This document shows positions 1 to 13,399 of a DNA stretch of 64,000 nt, piece after piece. A program made the translations under genes and the position numbers. Position 1 is the first letter of the stretch. Every line of letters starts with the position of its first letter. The notes under the pieces are model-generated. The model ran no database searches, was not told the origin of the DNA, and was given only the letters and a program-made list of their open reading frames with translations. Origin of the DNA: Balanoglossus misakiensis (taxonomy: Eukaryota > Animalia > Hemichordata); contig CM082586.2 of assembly GCA_040954595.2 (NCBI GenBank), positions 11,997,337 through 12,061,336 on the forward strand, written 5' to 3'.

Positions 1-170
1 GTTAAACCCAGGTAGCCATATGATGTCAGGCAAATGGTCTCCTGCCCTCTAACCTCTTACCTGGAGTGGAGTGGAGTGGAGTGCCATTGGTAAAACATAT
101 TTATATTTTTGTGTGTTGACGTACCTAGATTGTGTGAGTGAGGATGCATCTGTCAGATGACACCAGCTAA

Positions 171-1323
171 GGGACCGTTCAGTTTTTACGGCCGGGGGGG
201 GGGGGGGGGGCGGCAAAATCCAGGGGGGGGGTCACTTAAATTTTGAAGTCCACAAGGGGGGGTCATCTGGATTTTTTAAACGTTTATGGGGGGGGTCACA
301 TACTTTTGCCACCGAACTTTTGCTTTTGAGTCCACAAAATTGCAGTTTCGCACCCTTTATTTTACAAAATTTTCTAATGTGGGAGGGGGACACCCACCCC
401 CTTCATTCTCCGCCACATTTCATTTTTTGCTGGTTTGTCTAGTGTACCAGGGCAGAGTGCTTGCCACCCCAACCCCACCGATGATAATATTTAACAAAGT
501 GAATACATAAAGGAGAATAATTGTTTAAACCATTTTGCATAACTGATAGTTTCGCGCTGCATCTTCTATATACTAGAAGTTTTATAAATGATGTCATGAC
601 AAGATGACGCCAAATCTTCTAACTTTGAGTGGAGTGGCAAAAAGTAAAATCCTCCCAAACATTGAGATAATTTGCTTTTAAGTTCATTAAAATGCAACTT
701 TGCGCTACATATTTTACAAAATTTTCTTATGTGGGAGGGGGACACTCCCTCCCAAACCCACCCCTCCGTTCAAGGCCACATTGCATTTATTCACTGGTTT
801 GTCTAGTGTACCAGGGAAGACTTCTTGCCACCCCACCTCGATGCTTACTTTGAGTGGAGTGGCAAAATTAAAATTTGTCCTCCCTAACATTGAGTTAATT
901 TGCTTTTGAGTTCATTAAATTGCAACTTTGAGCACCGTATTTTACAAAATTTTCTTACGCCCACCCCCACCACTTTTCTTGTTTTACCGATTCTAGCAAC
1001 TATTGTATTGACTTGTCATTTTCTTTTGTTCATAGATTTCTTTATTGCAACGATATACTATTATATACTTCAATAATACTTTAAGAAATATATAATTGAG
1101 GTGTGAGGAGCCTCATTCCCTTTATTGCATACAGTGTACATAGGATCAGAACGGCGAATATTTTGGGCGTGGGGGGGGGGGGGGTTCATCATATTTTTGG
1201 GTCTGTCAAAGGGGGGTCATCATTTTTTGGTCCTGGGTGAAGGGGGGGGGGGGTTGGCCTGATTTTGAGAACCGATGACTCAAACTTGCCACCCCCCCCC
1301 TGCCGTAAAAACTGAACGGTCCC
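171..1323. mobile_element. Non-autonomous DNA transposon (PIF/Harbinger, Tourist-like), 1153 bp
   Basis: Perfect 22-bp terminal inverted repeats GGGACCGTTCAGTTTTTACGGC (171-192) / GCCGTAAAAACTGAACGGTCCC (1302-1323), extended imperfectly by G/C runs. Flanked by TAA (168-170 and 1324-1326); a TAA/TTA 3-bp TSD and GGG-starting TIRs are typical of PIF/Harbinger. No transposase ORF. Internal partial duplications (e.g. TTTTACAAAATTTTCT near 360, 712 and 940) and GGGGGGTCA motifs. Confidence 0.85.
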
Positions 1324-4300
1324 TAAATGGTATTCAAAGCAAGGTCACGTAACAGGATATGTATAGTTTCAAGGCTTTGTTTTGGAATAACGAATTCTCT
1401 ACAAGATTTAAGTGGAACAGTCACACAAAATGAAAACAAATATGGAAAGAGTTATGCTGGAATGTTGTAAGGGATAGATTAATATTGCAAATAATGTAAT
1501 TTCTTATATCATAAATGGTATTCAAAGAAAGGTCACATAACAGGATATGTTTAGTTTCAAGGCTTTGTTTTGGAATAACGAATTCTCTACAAGATTTAAG
1601 TGGAACAGTCACAGAATGAAAACAAATATGGAAAGAGTTATGCTGGAATGTTGTAAGGGATAGATTAATATTGCAAATAATGTAATTTCTTACATCATAA
1701 ATGGTATTCAAAGAAAGGTCACGTAACAGGATATGTTATACAAAAAAAGACATGTATATTTTCAAGGCTTTGTTTTGGAATAACAAATTCTCTCCAAGAT
1801 TTAAGTGAAACAGTCACAGAATGAAAACAAATATGGAAAGAGTTATGCCGGAATGTTGTAAAGGTTAGAATAATATTGCACATAATTTAATTTCTTACAT
1901 CATAAATGGAATTCAAAGAATGGTCACATAACAGGATATGTTTTACTAAAAAGACTTAAGTAAAATTTCAAGGGTTTGTGTTGAAATACTGAATTCACTA
2001 CAAGATTTAAGTGGATCAGTCACAGAATGAAAGCAAATATGGAAAGAGTTATGCTGGAATGTTGTAAGGGATAGATTAATATTGCAAATAATGTAATTTC
2101 TTACATCATAAATGGTATTCAAAGAAAGGTCACATGGGAGGATATGTATAGTTTCAAGGTTTTGTTTTAGAATAACGAATTCTCTACAAGATTTAAGTGG
2201 AACAGTCACAGAAAGAAAACAAATATGGAAAGAGTTATGCTGGAATGTTGTATGGGATAGATTAATATTGCAAATAATGTAATTTCTTACATCATAAATG
2301 GTATTCAAAGAAAGGTCACGTAACAGGATATGTATAGTTTCAAGGCTTTGTGTTGAAATACCAAATTCTTTCCAAAATTTAAGTGGAACAGTCACAAAAT
2401 GAAAACAAATATGGAAAGAGTTATGCTGAGATGTTGTAAGGGATAGATTAATATTGCAAATAATGTAATTTGTTACATCATAAATGGTATTCAAAGAAAG
2501 GTCACGTAACAGGATATGTATAGTTTCAAGGCTTTGTTTTGGAATAACGAATTCACTACAAGAATTAAGTGCAACAGTCACAAAATGAAAACAAATATGG
2601 AAAGAGTTATGCTGGAATGTTGTATGGGATAGATTAATATTGCAAATAATGTAATTTCTTACATCATAAATGGTATTCAAAGAAAGGTCACGTAACAGGA
2701 TATGAAAACAAATATGGAAAGAGTTATGCTGAGATGTTGTAAGGGATAGATTAATATTGCAAATAATGTAATTTGTTACATCATAAATAGTATTCAAAGA
2801 AAGGTCACGTAACAGGATATGTATAGTTTCAAGGCTTTGTTTTGGAATAACGAATTCACTACAAGAATTAAGTGCAACAGTCACAAAATGAAAACAAATA
2901 TGGAAAGAGTTTTGCTGGAATGTTGTAAGGGATAGATTAATATTGCAAATAATGTAATTTCTTACATCATAAATGGTATTCAAAGAAAGGTCACATAACA
3001 GGATATGTATATTTTCAAGGCTTTGCTTTGGAATAACGAATTCTCTACAAGATTTAAGTGGAATAGTCACAGAATGAAAACAAATATGGAAAGAGTTATG
3101 CCGGAATGTTGTAAGGGATAGATTAATATTGAAAATAATTTAATTTTTAACATCATAAATGGAATTCAAAGAATGGTCACATAACGGGCCATGTTTTACT
3201 AAAAAACTTCTGTATAGTTTCAAGGGTTTGTGTTGAAATTCCGAATTCTCTCCAAGATTTAAGTGGAACAGTTACAGAATGAAAACAAATATTCAAATAG
3301 TTATGCTGGAATGTTGTAAGGGATAGATTAATATTGCAAAAAAATAAATTTCTTACATCATAAATAGAATTCAAAGAATGGTCACATAACAGGCCATGCT
3401 TTACTAAAAAGACTTATGTATAGTTTCAAGGGTTTGTGTTGAAATACCGAATTCTTTCCAAGATTTAAGTGGAACAGTCACAAAATGAAAACAAATATGG
3501 AAAGAGTTATGCTGAGATGTTGTAAGGGATAAATTAATATTGCAATAATGTAATTTGTTACATCATAAATGGTATCCAAAGAAAGGTCACGTAACAGGAT
3601 ATGTATAGTTTCAAGGCTTTGTTTTGGAATAATGAATTCACTACAAGAATTAAGTGCAACAGTCACAAAATGAAAACTAATATGGAAAGAGTTATGCCGG
3701 AATGTTGTAAGGGATAGATTAATATTGCAAATAATTTAATTTCTTACATCATAAATGGAATTCAAAGAATGGTCACATAACGGGCCATGTTTTACTAAAA
3801 AACTTCTGTATAGTTTCAAGGGTTTGTGTTGAAATTCCGAATTCTCTCCAAGATTTAAGTGGAACAGTTACAGAATGAAAACAAATATTGACATAGTTAT
3901 GCTGGAATGGTGTAAGGGATAGATTAATATTGCAAAGAATTTAATTTCTTACATCATAAATGGAATTCAAAGAAAGGTCACGTAACAGGATATGTATAGT
4001 TTCAAGGCTTTGTGTTGAAATACCAAATTCTTTCCAAGATTTAAGTGGAACAGTCACAGAATGAAAACAAATATGGAAAGAGGTATGCTGAGATGTTGTA
4101 AGGGATAGATTAATATTACAAATAATGTAATTTGTTACATCATAAATGGTATTCAAAGAAAGGTCATATAAGAGGATATGTATAGTTTCAAGGCTTTGTT
4201 TTGGAATAACGAATTCTCTACAAGATTTAAGTGCAGCAGTCACACAGAATGAAAACAAATATGGAAAGAGTTATGCTGGAATGTTGTAAGGGATAGATTA

Positions 4301-7300
4301 ATATTGCAAATAATGTAATTTCTTACATCATAAATGGTATTCAAAGAAAGGTCACATAGGAGGATATGTATAGTTTCAAGGCTTTGTTTTGGAATAACGA
4401 ATTCTCTACAAGATTTAAGTGGAACAGTCACAGAATGAAAACAAATATGGAAAGAGTTATGGTGGAATGTTGTATGGGATAGATTAATATTGCAAATAAT
4501 GTAATTTTTTACATCATAAATGGTATTCAAAGAAAGGTCACGTAACAGGATATGTATAGTTTCAAGGCTTTGTGTTGAAATACCAAAGTCTTTCCAAGAT
4601 TTAAGTGGAACAGTCACAAAATGAAAACAAATATGGAAAGAGTTATGCTGAGATGTTGTAAGGGATAGATTAATATTGCAAATAATGTAATTTGTTACAT
4701 CATAAATGGTATTCAAAGAAAGGTCACGTAACAGGATATGTATAGTTTCAAGGCTTTGTTTTGGAATAACGAATTCACTACAAGAATTAAGTGCAACAGT
4801 CACAGAATGAAAACAAATATGGAAAGAGTTATGCTGGAATGTTGTATGGGATAGATTAATATTGCAAATAATGTAATTTCTTACATCATAAATGGTATTC
4901 AAAGAAAGGTCACGTAACAGGATATGAAAACAAATGTGGAAAGAGTTATGCTGAGATGTTGTAAGGGATAGATTAATATTGCAAATAATGTAATTTGTTA
5001 CATCATAAATGGTATTCAAAGAAAGGTCACGTAACAGGATATGTATAGTTTCAAGGCTTTGTTTTGGAATAACGAATTCACTACAAGAATTAAGTGCAAC
5101 AGTCACAAAATGAAAACAAATATGGAAAGAGTTTTGCTGGAATGTTGTAAGGGATAGATTAATATTGCAAATAATGTAATTTCTTACATCATAAATGGTA
5201 TTCAAAGAAAGGTCACATAACAGGATATGTTTTTTTTCAAGGCTTTGTTTTGGAATAACGAATTCACTACAAGAATTAAGTGGAACAGTCACAGAATGAA
5301 AACAAATATGGAAAGAGTTATGCCGGAATGTTGTAAGGGATAGATTAATATTGCAAATAATTTAATTTCTTACATCATAAATGGAATTCAAAGAATGGTC
5401 ACATAACAGGCCATGTTTTACTAAAAAACTTCTGTATAGTTTCAAGGGTTTGTGTTGAAATTCCGAATTCTCTCCAAGATTTAAGTGGAACAGTTACAGA
5501 ATGAAAACAAATATTGAAATAGTTATGCTGGAATGTTGTATGGGATAGATTAATATTGCAAATAATGTAATTTCTTACATCATAAATTGTATTCAAAGAA
5601 AGGTCACATAACAGGATATGTATAGTTTCAAGGCTTTGTTTTGGAATAACGAATTTCTACAAGATTTAAGTGGAACAGTCACAGAATGAAAACAAATATG
5701 GAAAGAGTTATGCTGGAATGTTGTATGGGATAGATTAATATTGCAAATAATGTAATTTCTTACATAATAAATGGTATTCAAAGAAAGGTCACGTAACAGG
5801 ATATGTATAGTTTCAAGGCTTTGCTTTGGAATAACGAATTCACTACAAGAATTAAGTGCAACAGTCACAAAATGAAAACAAATATGGAAAGAGTTTTGCT
5901 GGAATGTTGTAAGGGATAGATTAATATTGCAAATAATGTAATTTCTTACATCATAAATGGTATTCAAAGAAAGGTCACATAACAGGATATGTATATTTTC
6001 AAGGCTTTGCTTTGGAATAACGAATTCACTACAAGAATTAAGTGCAACAGTCACAAAATGAAAACAAATATGGAAAGAGTTTTGCTGGAATGTTGTAAGG
6101 GATAGATTAATATTGCAAATAATGTAATTTCTTACATCATAAATGGTATTCAAAGAATGGTCACATAACAGGCCATGCTTTACTAAAAAGACTTAATATG
6201 TATAGTTTGAAGGCTTTGTTTTGGAATAACGAATTCTCAACAAGATTTAAGTGGAATAGTCACAGAATGAAAACAAATATGGAAAGAGTTATGCTGGAAT
6301 GTTGTAAGGGATAGAATAATATTGCATAAAATTTAATTTCTTACATCATAAATGGAATTCAAAGAATGGTCACATAACTGGATATGTTTTACTAAAAAGA
6401 CTTATGTAAAGGTTCAAGAATTTGTGTTGAAATACCAAATTCTCTACAAGATTTAAGTGGAACAGTCACAGAATGAAAACAAATATGGAAAGAGTTATGC
6501 TGAAATGTTGTAAGGGATAGAATAATATTGCATAAAATTTAATTTCTTACATCATAAATGGAATTCAAAGAATGGTCACGTAACTGGATATGTTTTACTA
6601 AAAAGACTTATGTATATGTTCAAGAATTTGTGTTGAAATACCAAATTCTCTACAAGATTTAAGTGGAACAGTCACAGAATGAAAACAAATATGGAAAGAG
6701 TTATGTCGGAATGTTGTAAGGGATAGATTAATATTACAAATAATTTAATTTCTTACATCATAAAAGGAATTCAAAGAATGGTCACATAACAGGATATGTT
6801 TTACTAAAAGACTTATGTTATAGTTTCAAGGCTTTGTTTTGGAATAACGAATTCTCTACAAGATTTAAGTGGAAAAGTCACAGAATGAAAACAAATATGG
6901 AAAGAGTTATGCCGGAATGTTGTAAGGAATAGATTAATATTGCAAATAATTTAATTTCTTACATCATAAATGGAATTCAAAGAAAGGTCACGTAACAGGA
7001 TATGTATAGTTTCAAGCCTTTGTTTTGGAGTAACGAATTCTCTACAAGATTTAAGTGGAACAGTCACAGAATGAAAACAAATATGGAAAGAGTTATGCTG
7101 AAATGTTGTAAGGGATAGATTAATATTGCATAAAATTTAATTACTTACATCATAAATGGAATTCAAAGAATGGTCACATAACAGGATATGTTTTACTAAA
7201 AAGAATTATGTATAGGTTCAAGAATTTGTGTTGAAATACCAAATTCTCTACAAGATTTAAGTGGAACAGTCACAGAATGAAAACAAATATGGAAAGAGTT

Positions 7301-10300
7301 ATGTCGGAATGTTGTAAGGGATAGATTAATATTGCAAATAATTTAATTTCTTACATCATAAATGGAATTCAAAGAATGGTCACATAACGGGCCATGTTTT
7401 ACTAAAAAGACTTATGTATAGTTTCAAGGCTTTGTTTTGGAATAACAAATTCTCTCCAAGATTTAAGTTGAACAGTTACAGAATGAAAACAAATATGGAA
7501 AGAGTTATGCCGGAATGTTGTAAGGGATAGATTAATATTGCAAATAATTTAATTTCTTACATCATAAATGGAATTCAAACAAAACGTCACGTAACACGAT
7601 ATATATAGTTTCAAGGCTTTGTTTTGGAATAACGAATTCTCTACAAGATTTAAGTGGAAAAGTCACAGAATGAAAACAAATATGGAAAGAGTTATGCCGG
7701 AATGTTGTAAGGAATAGATTAATATTGCAAATAATTTAATTTCTTACATCATAAATGGAATTCAAAGAAAGGTCACGTAACAGGATATGTATAGTTTCAA
7801 GCCTTTGTTTTGGAGTAACGAATTCTCTACAAGATTTAAGTGGAACAGTCACAGAATGAAAACAAATATGGAAAGAGTTATGCTGAAATGTTGTAAGGGA
7901 TAGATTAATATTGCATAAAATTTAATTACTTACATCATAAATGGAATTCAAAGAATGGTCACATAACTGGATATGTTTTACTGAAAAGAATTATGTATAG
8001 GTTCAAGAATTTGTGTTGAAATACCAAATTCTCTACAAGATTTAAGCGGAACAGTCACAGAATGAAAACAAATATGGAAAGAGTTATGTCGGAATGTTGT
8101 AAGGGATAGATTAATATTGCAAATAATTTAATTTCTTACATCATAAATGGAATTCAAAGAATGGTCACATAACGGGCCATGTTTTACTAAAAAGACTTAT
8201 GTATAGTTTCAAGGCTTTGTTTTGGAATAACGAATTCTCTCCAAGATTTAAGTTGAACAGTTACAGAATGAAAACAAATATGGAAAGAGTTATGCCGGAA
8301 TGTTGTAAGGGATAGATTAATATTGCAAATAATTTAATTTCTTACATCATAAATGGAATTCAAACAAAACGTCACGTAACACGATATATATAGTTTCAAG
8401 GCTTTGTTTTGGAATAACGAATTCTCTACAAGATTTAAGTGGAACAGTCACAGAATGAAAACAAATATGGAAAGAGTTATGCCGGAATGTTGTAAGGAAT
8501 AGATTAATATTGCAAATAATTTAATTTCTTACATCATAAATGGAATTCAAAGAAAGGTCACGTAACAGGATATGTATAGTTTCAAGCCTTTGTTTTGGAG
8601 TAACGAATTCTCTACAAGATTTAAGTGGAACAGTCACAGAATGAAAACAAATATGGAAAGAGTTATGCTGAAATGTTGTAAGGGATAGAATAATATTGCA
8701 TAAAATTTAATTTCTTACATCATAAATGGAATTCAAAGAATGGTCACATAACTGGATATGTTTTACTAAAAAGACTTATGTATAGGTTCAAGAATTTGTG
8801 TTGAAATACCAAATTCTCTACAAGATTTAAGTGGAACAGTCACAGAATGAAAACAAATATGGAAAGAGTTATGTCGGAATGTTGTAAGGGATAGATTAAT
8901 ATTGCAAATAATTTAATTTCTTACATCATAAATGGAATTCAAAGAATGGTCACATAACGGGCCATGTTTTACTAAAAAGACTTATGTATAGTTTTAAGGC
9001 TTTGTTTTGGAATAACGAATTCTCTCCAAGATTTAAGTTGAACAGTTACAGAATGAAAACAAATATTCAAATAGTTATGCTGGATTGTTGTAAGGGATAG
9101 TTTAATATTGCAAATAATTTAATTTCTCACATCATAAATGAAATTCAAAGAATGGTAAAATAACGGGCCATGTTTTACTAAAAAGACTTAATATGTATAG
9201 TTTGAAGGCTTTGTTTTGGAATAACGAATTCTCTACAAGATTTAAGTGGAATAGTCACAGAATGAAAACAAATATGGAAAGAGTTATGCTGGAATGTTGT
9301 AAGGGATAGATTAATATTGCAAATAATTTAATTTCTTACATCATAAAATGAATTCAAAGAATGGTCACATAACAGGATATGTTTTACTAAAAGACTTATG
9401 TTATAGTTTCAAGGCTTTGTTTTGGAATAAAGAATTCTCTACAAGATTTAAGTGGAACAGTCACAGAATGAAAACAAATATGGAAAGAGTTATGCTGGAA
9501 TGTTGTAAGGAATAGATTAATATTGCAAATAATTTCATTTCTTACATCATAAATGGAATTCAAAGAAAGGTCACGTAACAGGATATGTATAGTTTCAAGC
9601 CTTTGTTTTGGAGTAACGAATTCTCTACAAGATTTAAGTGGAACAGTCACAGAATGAAAACAAATATGGAAAGAGTTATGCTGAAATGTTGTAAGGGATA
9701 GAATAATATTGCATAAAATTTAATTTCTTACATCATAAATGGAATTCAAAGAATGGTCACATAACTGGATATGTTTTACTAAAAAGACTTATGTATAGGT
9801 TCAAGAATTTGTGTTGAAATACCAAATTCTCTACAAGATTTAAGTGGAACAGTCACAGAATGAAAACAAATATGGAAAGAGTTATGTCGGAATGTTGTAA
9901 GGGATAGATTAATATTGCAAATAATTTAATTTCTTACATCATAAATGGAATTCAAAGAATGGTCACATAACGGGCCATGTTTTAGTAAAAAGACTTATGT
10001 ATAGTTTCAAGGCTTTGTTTTGGAATAACGAATTCTCTCCAAGATTTAAGTTGAACAGTTACAGAATGAAAACAAATATTCAAATAGTTATGCTGGATTG
10101 TTGTAAGGGATAGTTTAATATTGCAAATAATTTAATTTCTCACATCATAAATGAAATTCAAAGAATGGTAAAATAACGGGCCATGTTTTACTAAAAAGAC
10201 TTAATATGTATAGTTTGAAGGCTTTGTTTTGGAATAACGAATTCTCTACAAGATTTAAGTGGAACAGTCACAGAATGAAAACAAATATGGAAAGAGTTAT

Positions 10301-13300
10301 GCCGGAATGTTGTAAGGAATAGATTAATATTGCAAATAATTTAATTTCTTACATCATAAATGGAATTCAAAGAAAGGTCACGTAACAGGATATGTATAGT
10401 TTCAAGCCTTTGTTTTGGAGTAACGAATTCTCTACAAGATTTAAGTGGAACAGTCACAGAATGAAAACAAATATGGAAAGAGTTATGCTGAAATGTTGTA
10501 AGGGATAGATTAATATTGCATAAAATTTAATTACTTACATCATAAATGGAATTCAATGAATGGTCACATAACTGGATATGTTTTACTAAAAAGAATTATG
10601 TATAGGTTCAAGAATTTGTGTTGAAATACCAAATTCTCTACAAGATTTAAGTTGAACAGTTACAGAATGAAAACAAATATGGAAAGAGTTATGCCGGAAT
10701 GTTGTAAGGGATAGATTAATATTGCAAATAATTTAATTTCTTACATCATAAATGGAATTCAAAGAATGGTCACATAACAGGATATGTTTTACTGAAAAGA
10801 CTTATGTTATAGTTTCAAGGCTTTGTTTTGGAATAACGAATTCTCTACAAGATTTAAGTGGAACAGTCACAGAATGAAAACAAATATGGAAAGAGTTATG
10901 CCGGAATGTTGTAAGGAATAGATTAATATTGCAAATAATTTAATTTCTTACATCATAAATGGAATTCAAACAAATGTCACGTAACAGGATATGTATAGTT
11001 TCAAGGCTTTGTTTTGGAATAACGAATACTCTACAAGATTTAAGTAGAACAGTCACAGAATGAAAACAAATATGGAAAGAGTTATGCTGGAATGTAGTAA
11101 GGGATAGATTAATATTGCAAACAATTTAATTTCTTACACCATAAATGGAATTCAAAGAAAGGTCGCGTAACAGGATATGTACAGTTTCAAGCCTTTGTTT
11201 TGGAATAACGAATTCTCTACAAGATTTAAGTGGAACAGTCACAGAATGAAAACAAATATGGAAAGAGTTATGTCGGAATGTTGTAAGGGATACATTAATA
11301 TTGCAAATAATTTAATTTCTTACATCATAAATGGAATTCAAAGAATGGTCACATAACGGGCCATGTTTTACTAAAAAGACTTATGTATAGTTTCAAGGCT
11401 TTGTTTTGGAATAACGAATTCTCTCCAAGATTTAAGTTGAACAGTTACAGAATGAAAACAAATATGGAAAGAGTTATGCTGGAATGTTGTAAGGGATAGA
11501 TTAATATTGCAAATAATTTAATTTCTTACATCATAAAATGAATTCAAAGAATGGTCACATAACAGGATATGTTTTACTAAAAAGACTTATGTATAGTTTC
11601 AAGGCTTTGTTTTGGAATAACGAATTCTCTCCAAGATTTAAGTTGAACAGTTACAGAATGAAAACAAATATGGAAAGAGTAATGCCGGAATGTTGTAAGG
11701 AATAGATTAATATTGCAAATAATTTAATTTCTTACATCATAAAATGAATTCAAACAAACGTCACGTAATAGGATATGTATAGTTTCAAGGCTTTGTTTTG
11801 GAATAACGAATACTCTACAAGATTTAAGTAGAACAGTCACAGAATGAAAACAAATATGGAAAGAGTTATGCTGGAATGTTGTAAGGGATAGATTAATATT
11901 GCAAAAAATTTAATTTCTTACACCATAAATGGAATTCAAAGAAAGGTCACGTAACAGGATATGTATAGTTTCAAGCCTTTGTTTTGGAATAACGAATTCT
12001 CTACAAGATTTAAGTGGAACAGTCACAGAATGAAAACAAATATGGAAAGAGTTATGTCGGAATGTTGTAAGGGATAGATTTATATTGCAAATAATTTAAT
12101 TTCTTACAGCATAAATGGAATTCAAAGAATGGTCACATAACGGGCCATGTTTTACTAAAAAGACTTATGTTATAGTTTCAAGGCTTTGTTTTGGAATAAC
12201 GAATTCTCTACAAGATTTAAGTGGAACAGTCACAGAATGAAAACAAATATGGAAAGAGTAATGCCGGAATGTTGTAAGGAATAGATTAATATTGCAAATA
12301 ATTTAATTTCTTACATCATAAAATGAATTCAAACAAACGTCACGTAATAGGATATGTATAGTTTCAAGGCTTTGTTTTGGAATAACGAATACTCTACAAG
12401 ATTTAAGTAGAACAATCATAGAATGAAAACAAATATGGAAAGAGTTATGCTGGAATGTTGTAAGGGATAGATTAATATTGCAAAAAATTTAATTTCTTAC
12501 ACCATAAATGGAATTCAAAGAAAGGTCACGTAACAGGATATGTATAGTTTCAAGCCTTTGTTTTGGAATAACGAATTCTCTACAAGATTTAAGTGGAACA
12601 GTCACAGAATGAAAACAAATATGGAAAGAGTTATGTCGGAATGTTGTAAGGGATAGATTAATATTGCAAATAATTTAATTTCTTACATCATAAATGGAAT
12701 TCAAAGAATGGTCACATAACGGGCCATGTTTTACTAAAAAGACTTATGTATAGTTTCAAGGCTTTGTTTTGGAATAACGAATTCTCTCCAAGATTTAAGT
12801 TGAACAGTTACAGAATGAAAACAAATATGGAAAGAGTAATGCCGGAATGTTGTAAGGAATAGATTAATATTGCAAATAATTTAATTTCTTACAGCATAAA
12901 ATGAATTCAAACAAACGTCACGTAATAGGATATGTATAGTTTCAAGGCTTTGTTTTGGAATAACGAATACTCTACAAGATTTAAGTAGAACAATCACAGA
13001 ATGAAAACAAATATGGAAAGAGTTATGCTGGAATGTTGTAAGGGATAGATTAATATTGCAAAAAATTTAATTTCTTACACCATAAATGGAATTCAAAGAA
13101 AGGTCACGTAACAGGATATGTATAGTTTCAAGCCTTTGTTTTGGAATAACGAATTCTCTACAAGATTTAAGTGGAACAGTCACAGAATGAAAACAAATAT
13201 GGAAAGAGTTATGTCGGAATGTTGTAAGGGATAGATTAATATTGCAAATAATTTAATTTCTTACATCATAAATGGAATTCAAAGAATGGTCACATAACGG

Positions 13301-13399
13301 GCCATGTTTTACTAAAAAGACTTATGTATAGTTTCAAGGCTTTGTTTTGGAATAACGAATTCTCTCCAAGATTTAAGTTGAACAGTTACAGAATGAAAA
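1324..13399. repeat. Satellite DNA array, left arm; AT-rich monomers of 186 bp and ~206 bp
   Basis: Head-to-tail repeats of ...CATAAATGG(A/T)ATTCAAAGAA.GGTCAC.TAAC...GATTTAAGTGGAACAGTCACAGAATGAAAACAAATATGGAAAGAGTTATGC...; spacing 186 bp (1512->1698). Long monomers carry an extra 20-bp TTTACTAAAAAGACTTATGT. A 785-bp 4-mer repeat is visible at 6911, 7696 and 8481. Confidence 0.97.

Noticed and set aside
62-83. (TGGAG)4 short repeat
   Set aside because: Too short to interpret; ordinary microsatellite.
1421-6153. Long minus-strand ORFs (374, 350 and 186 aa) with 62-aa repeats
   Set aside because: These are read-throughs of 186-bp satellite monomers (a multiple of 3) in which one variant removes a stop. 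They have mostly non-ATG starts and no recognisable domain, and neighbouring monomers are broken.
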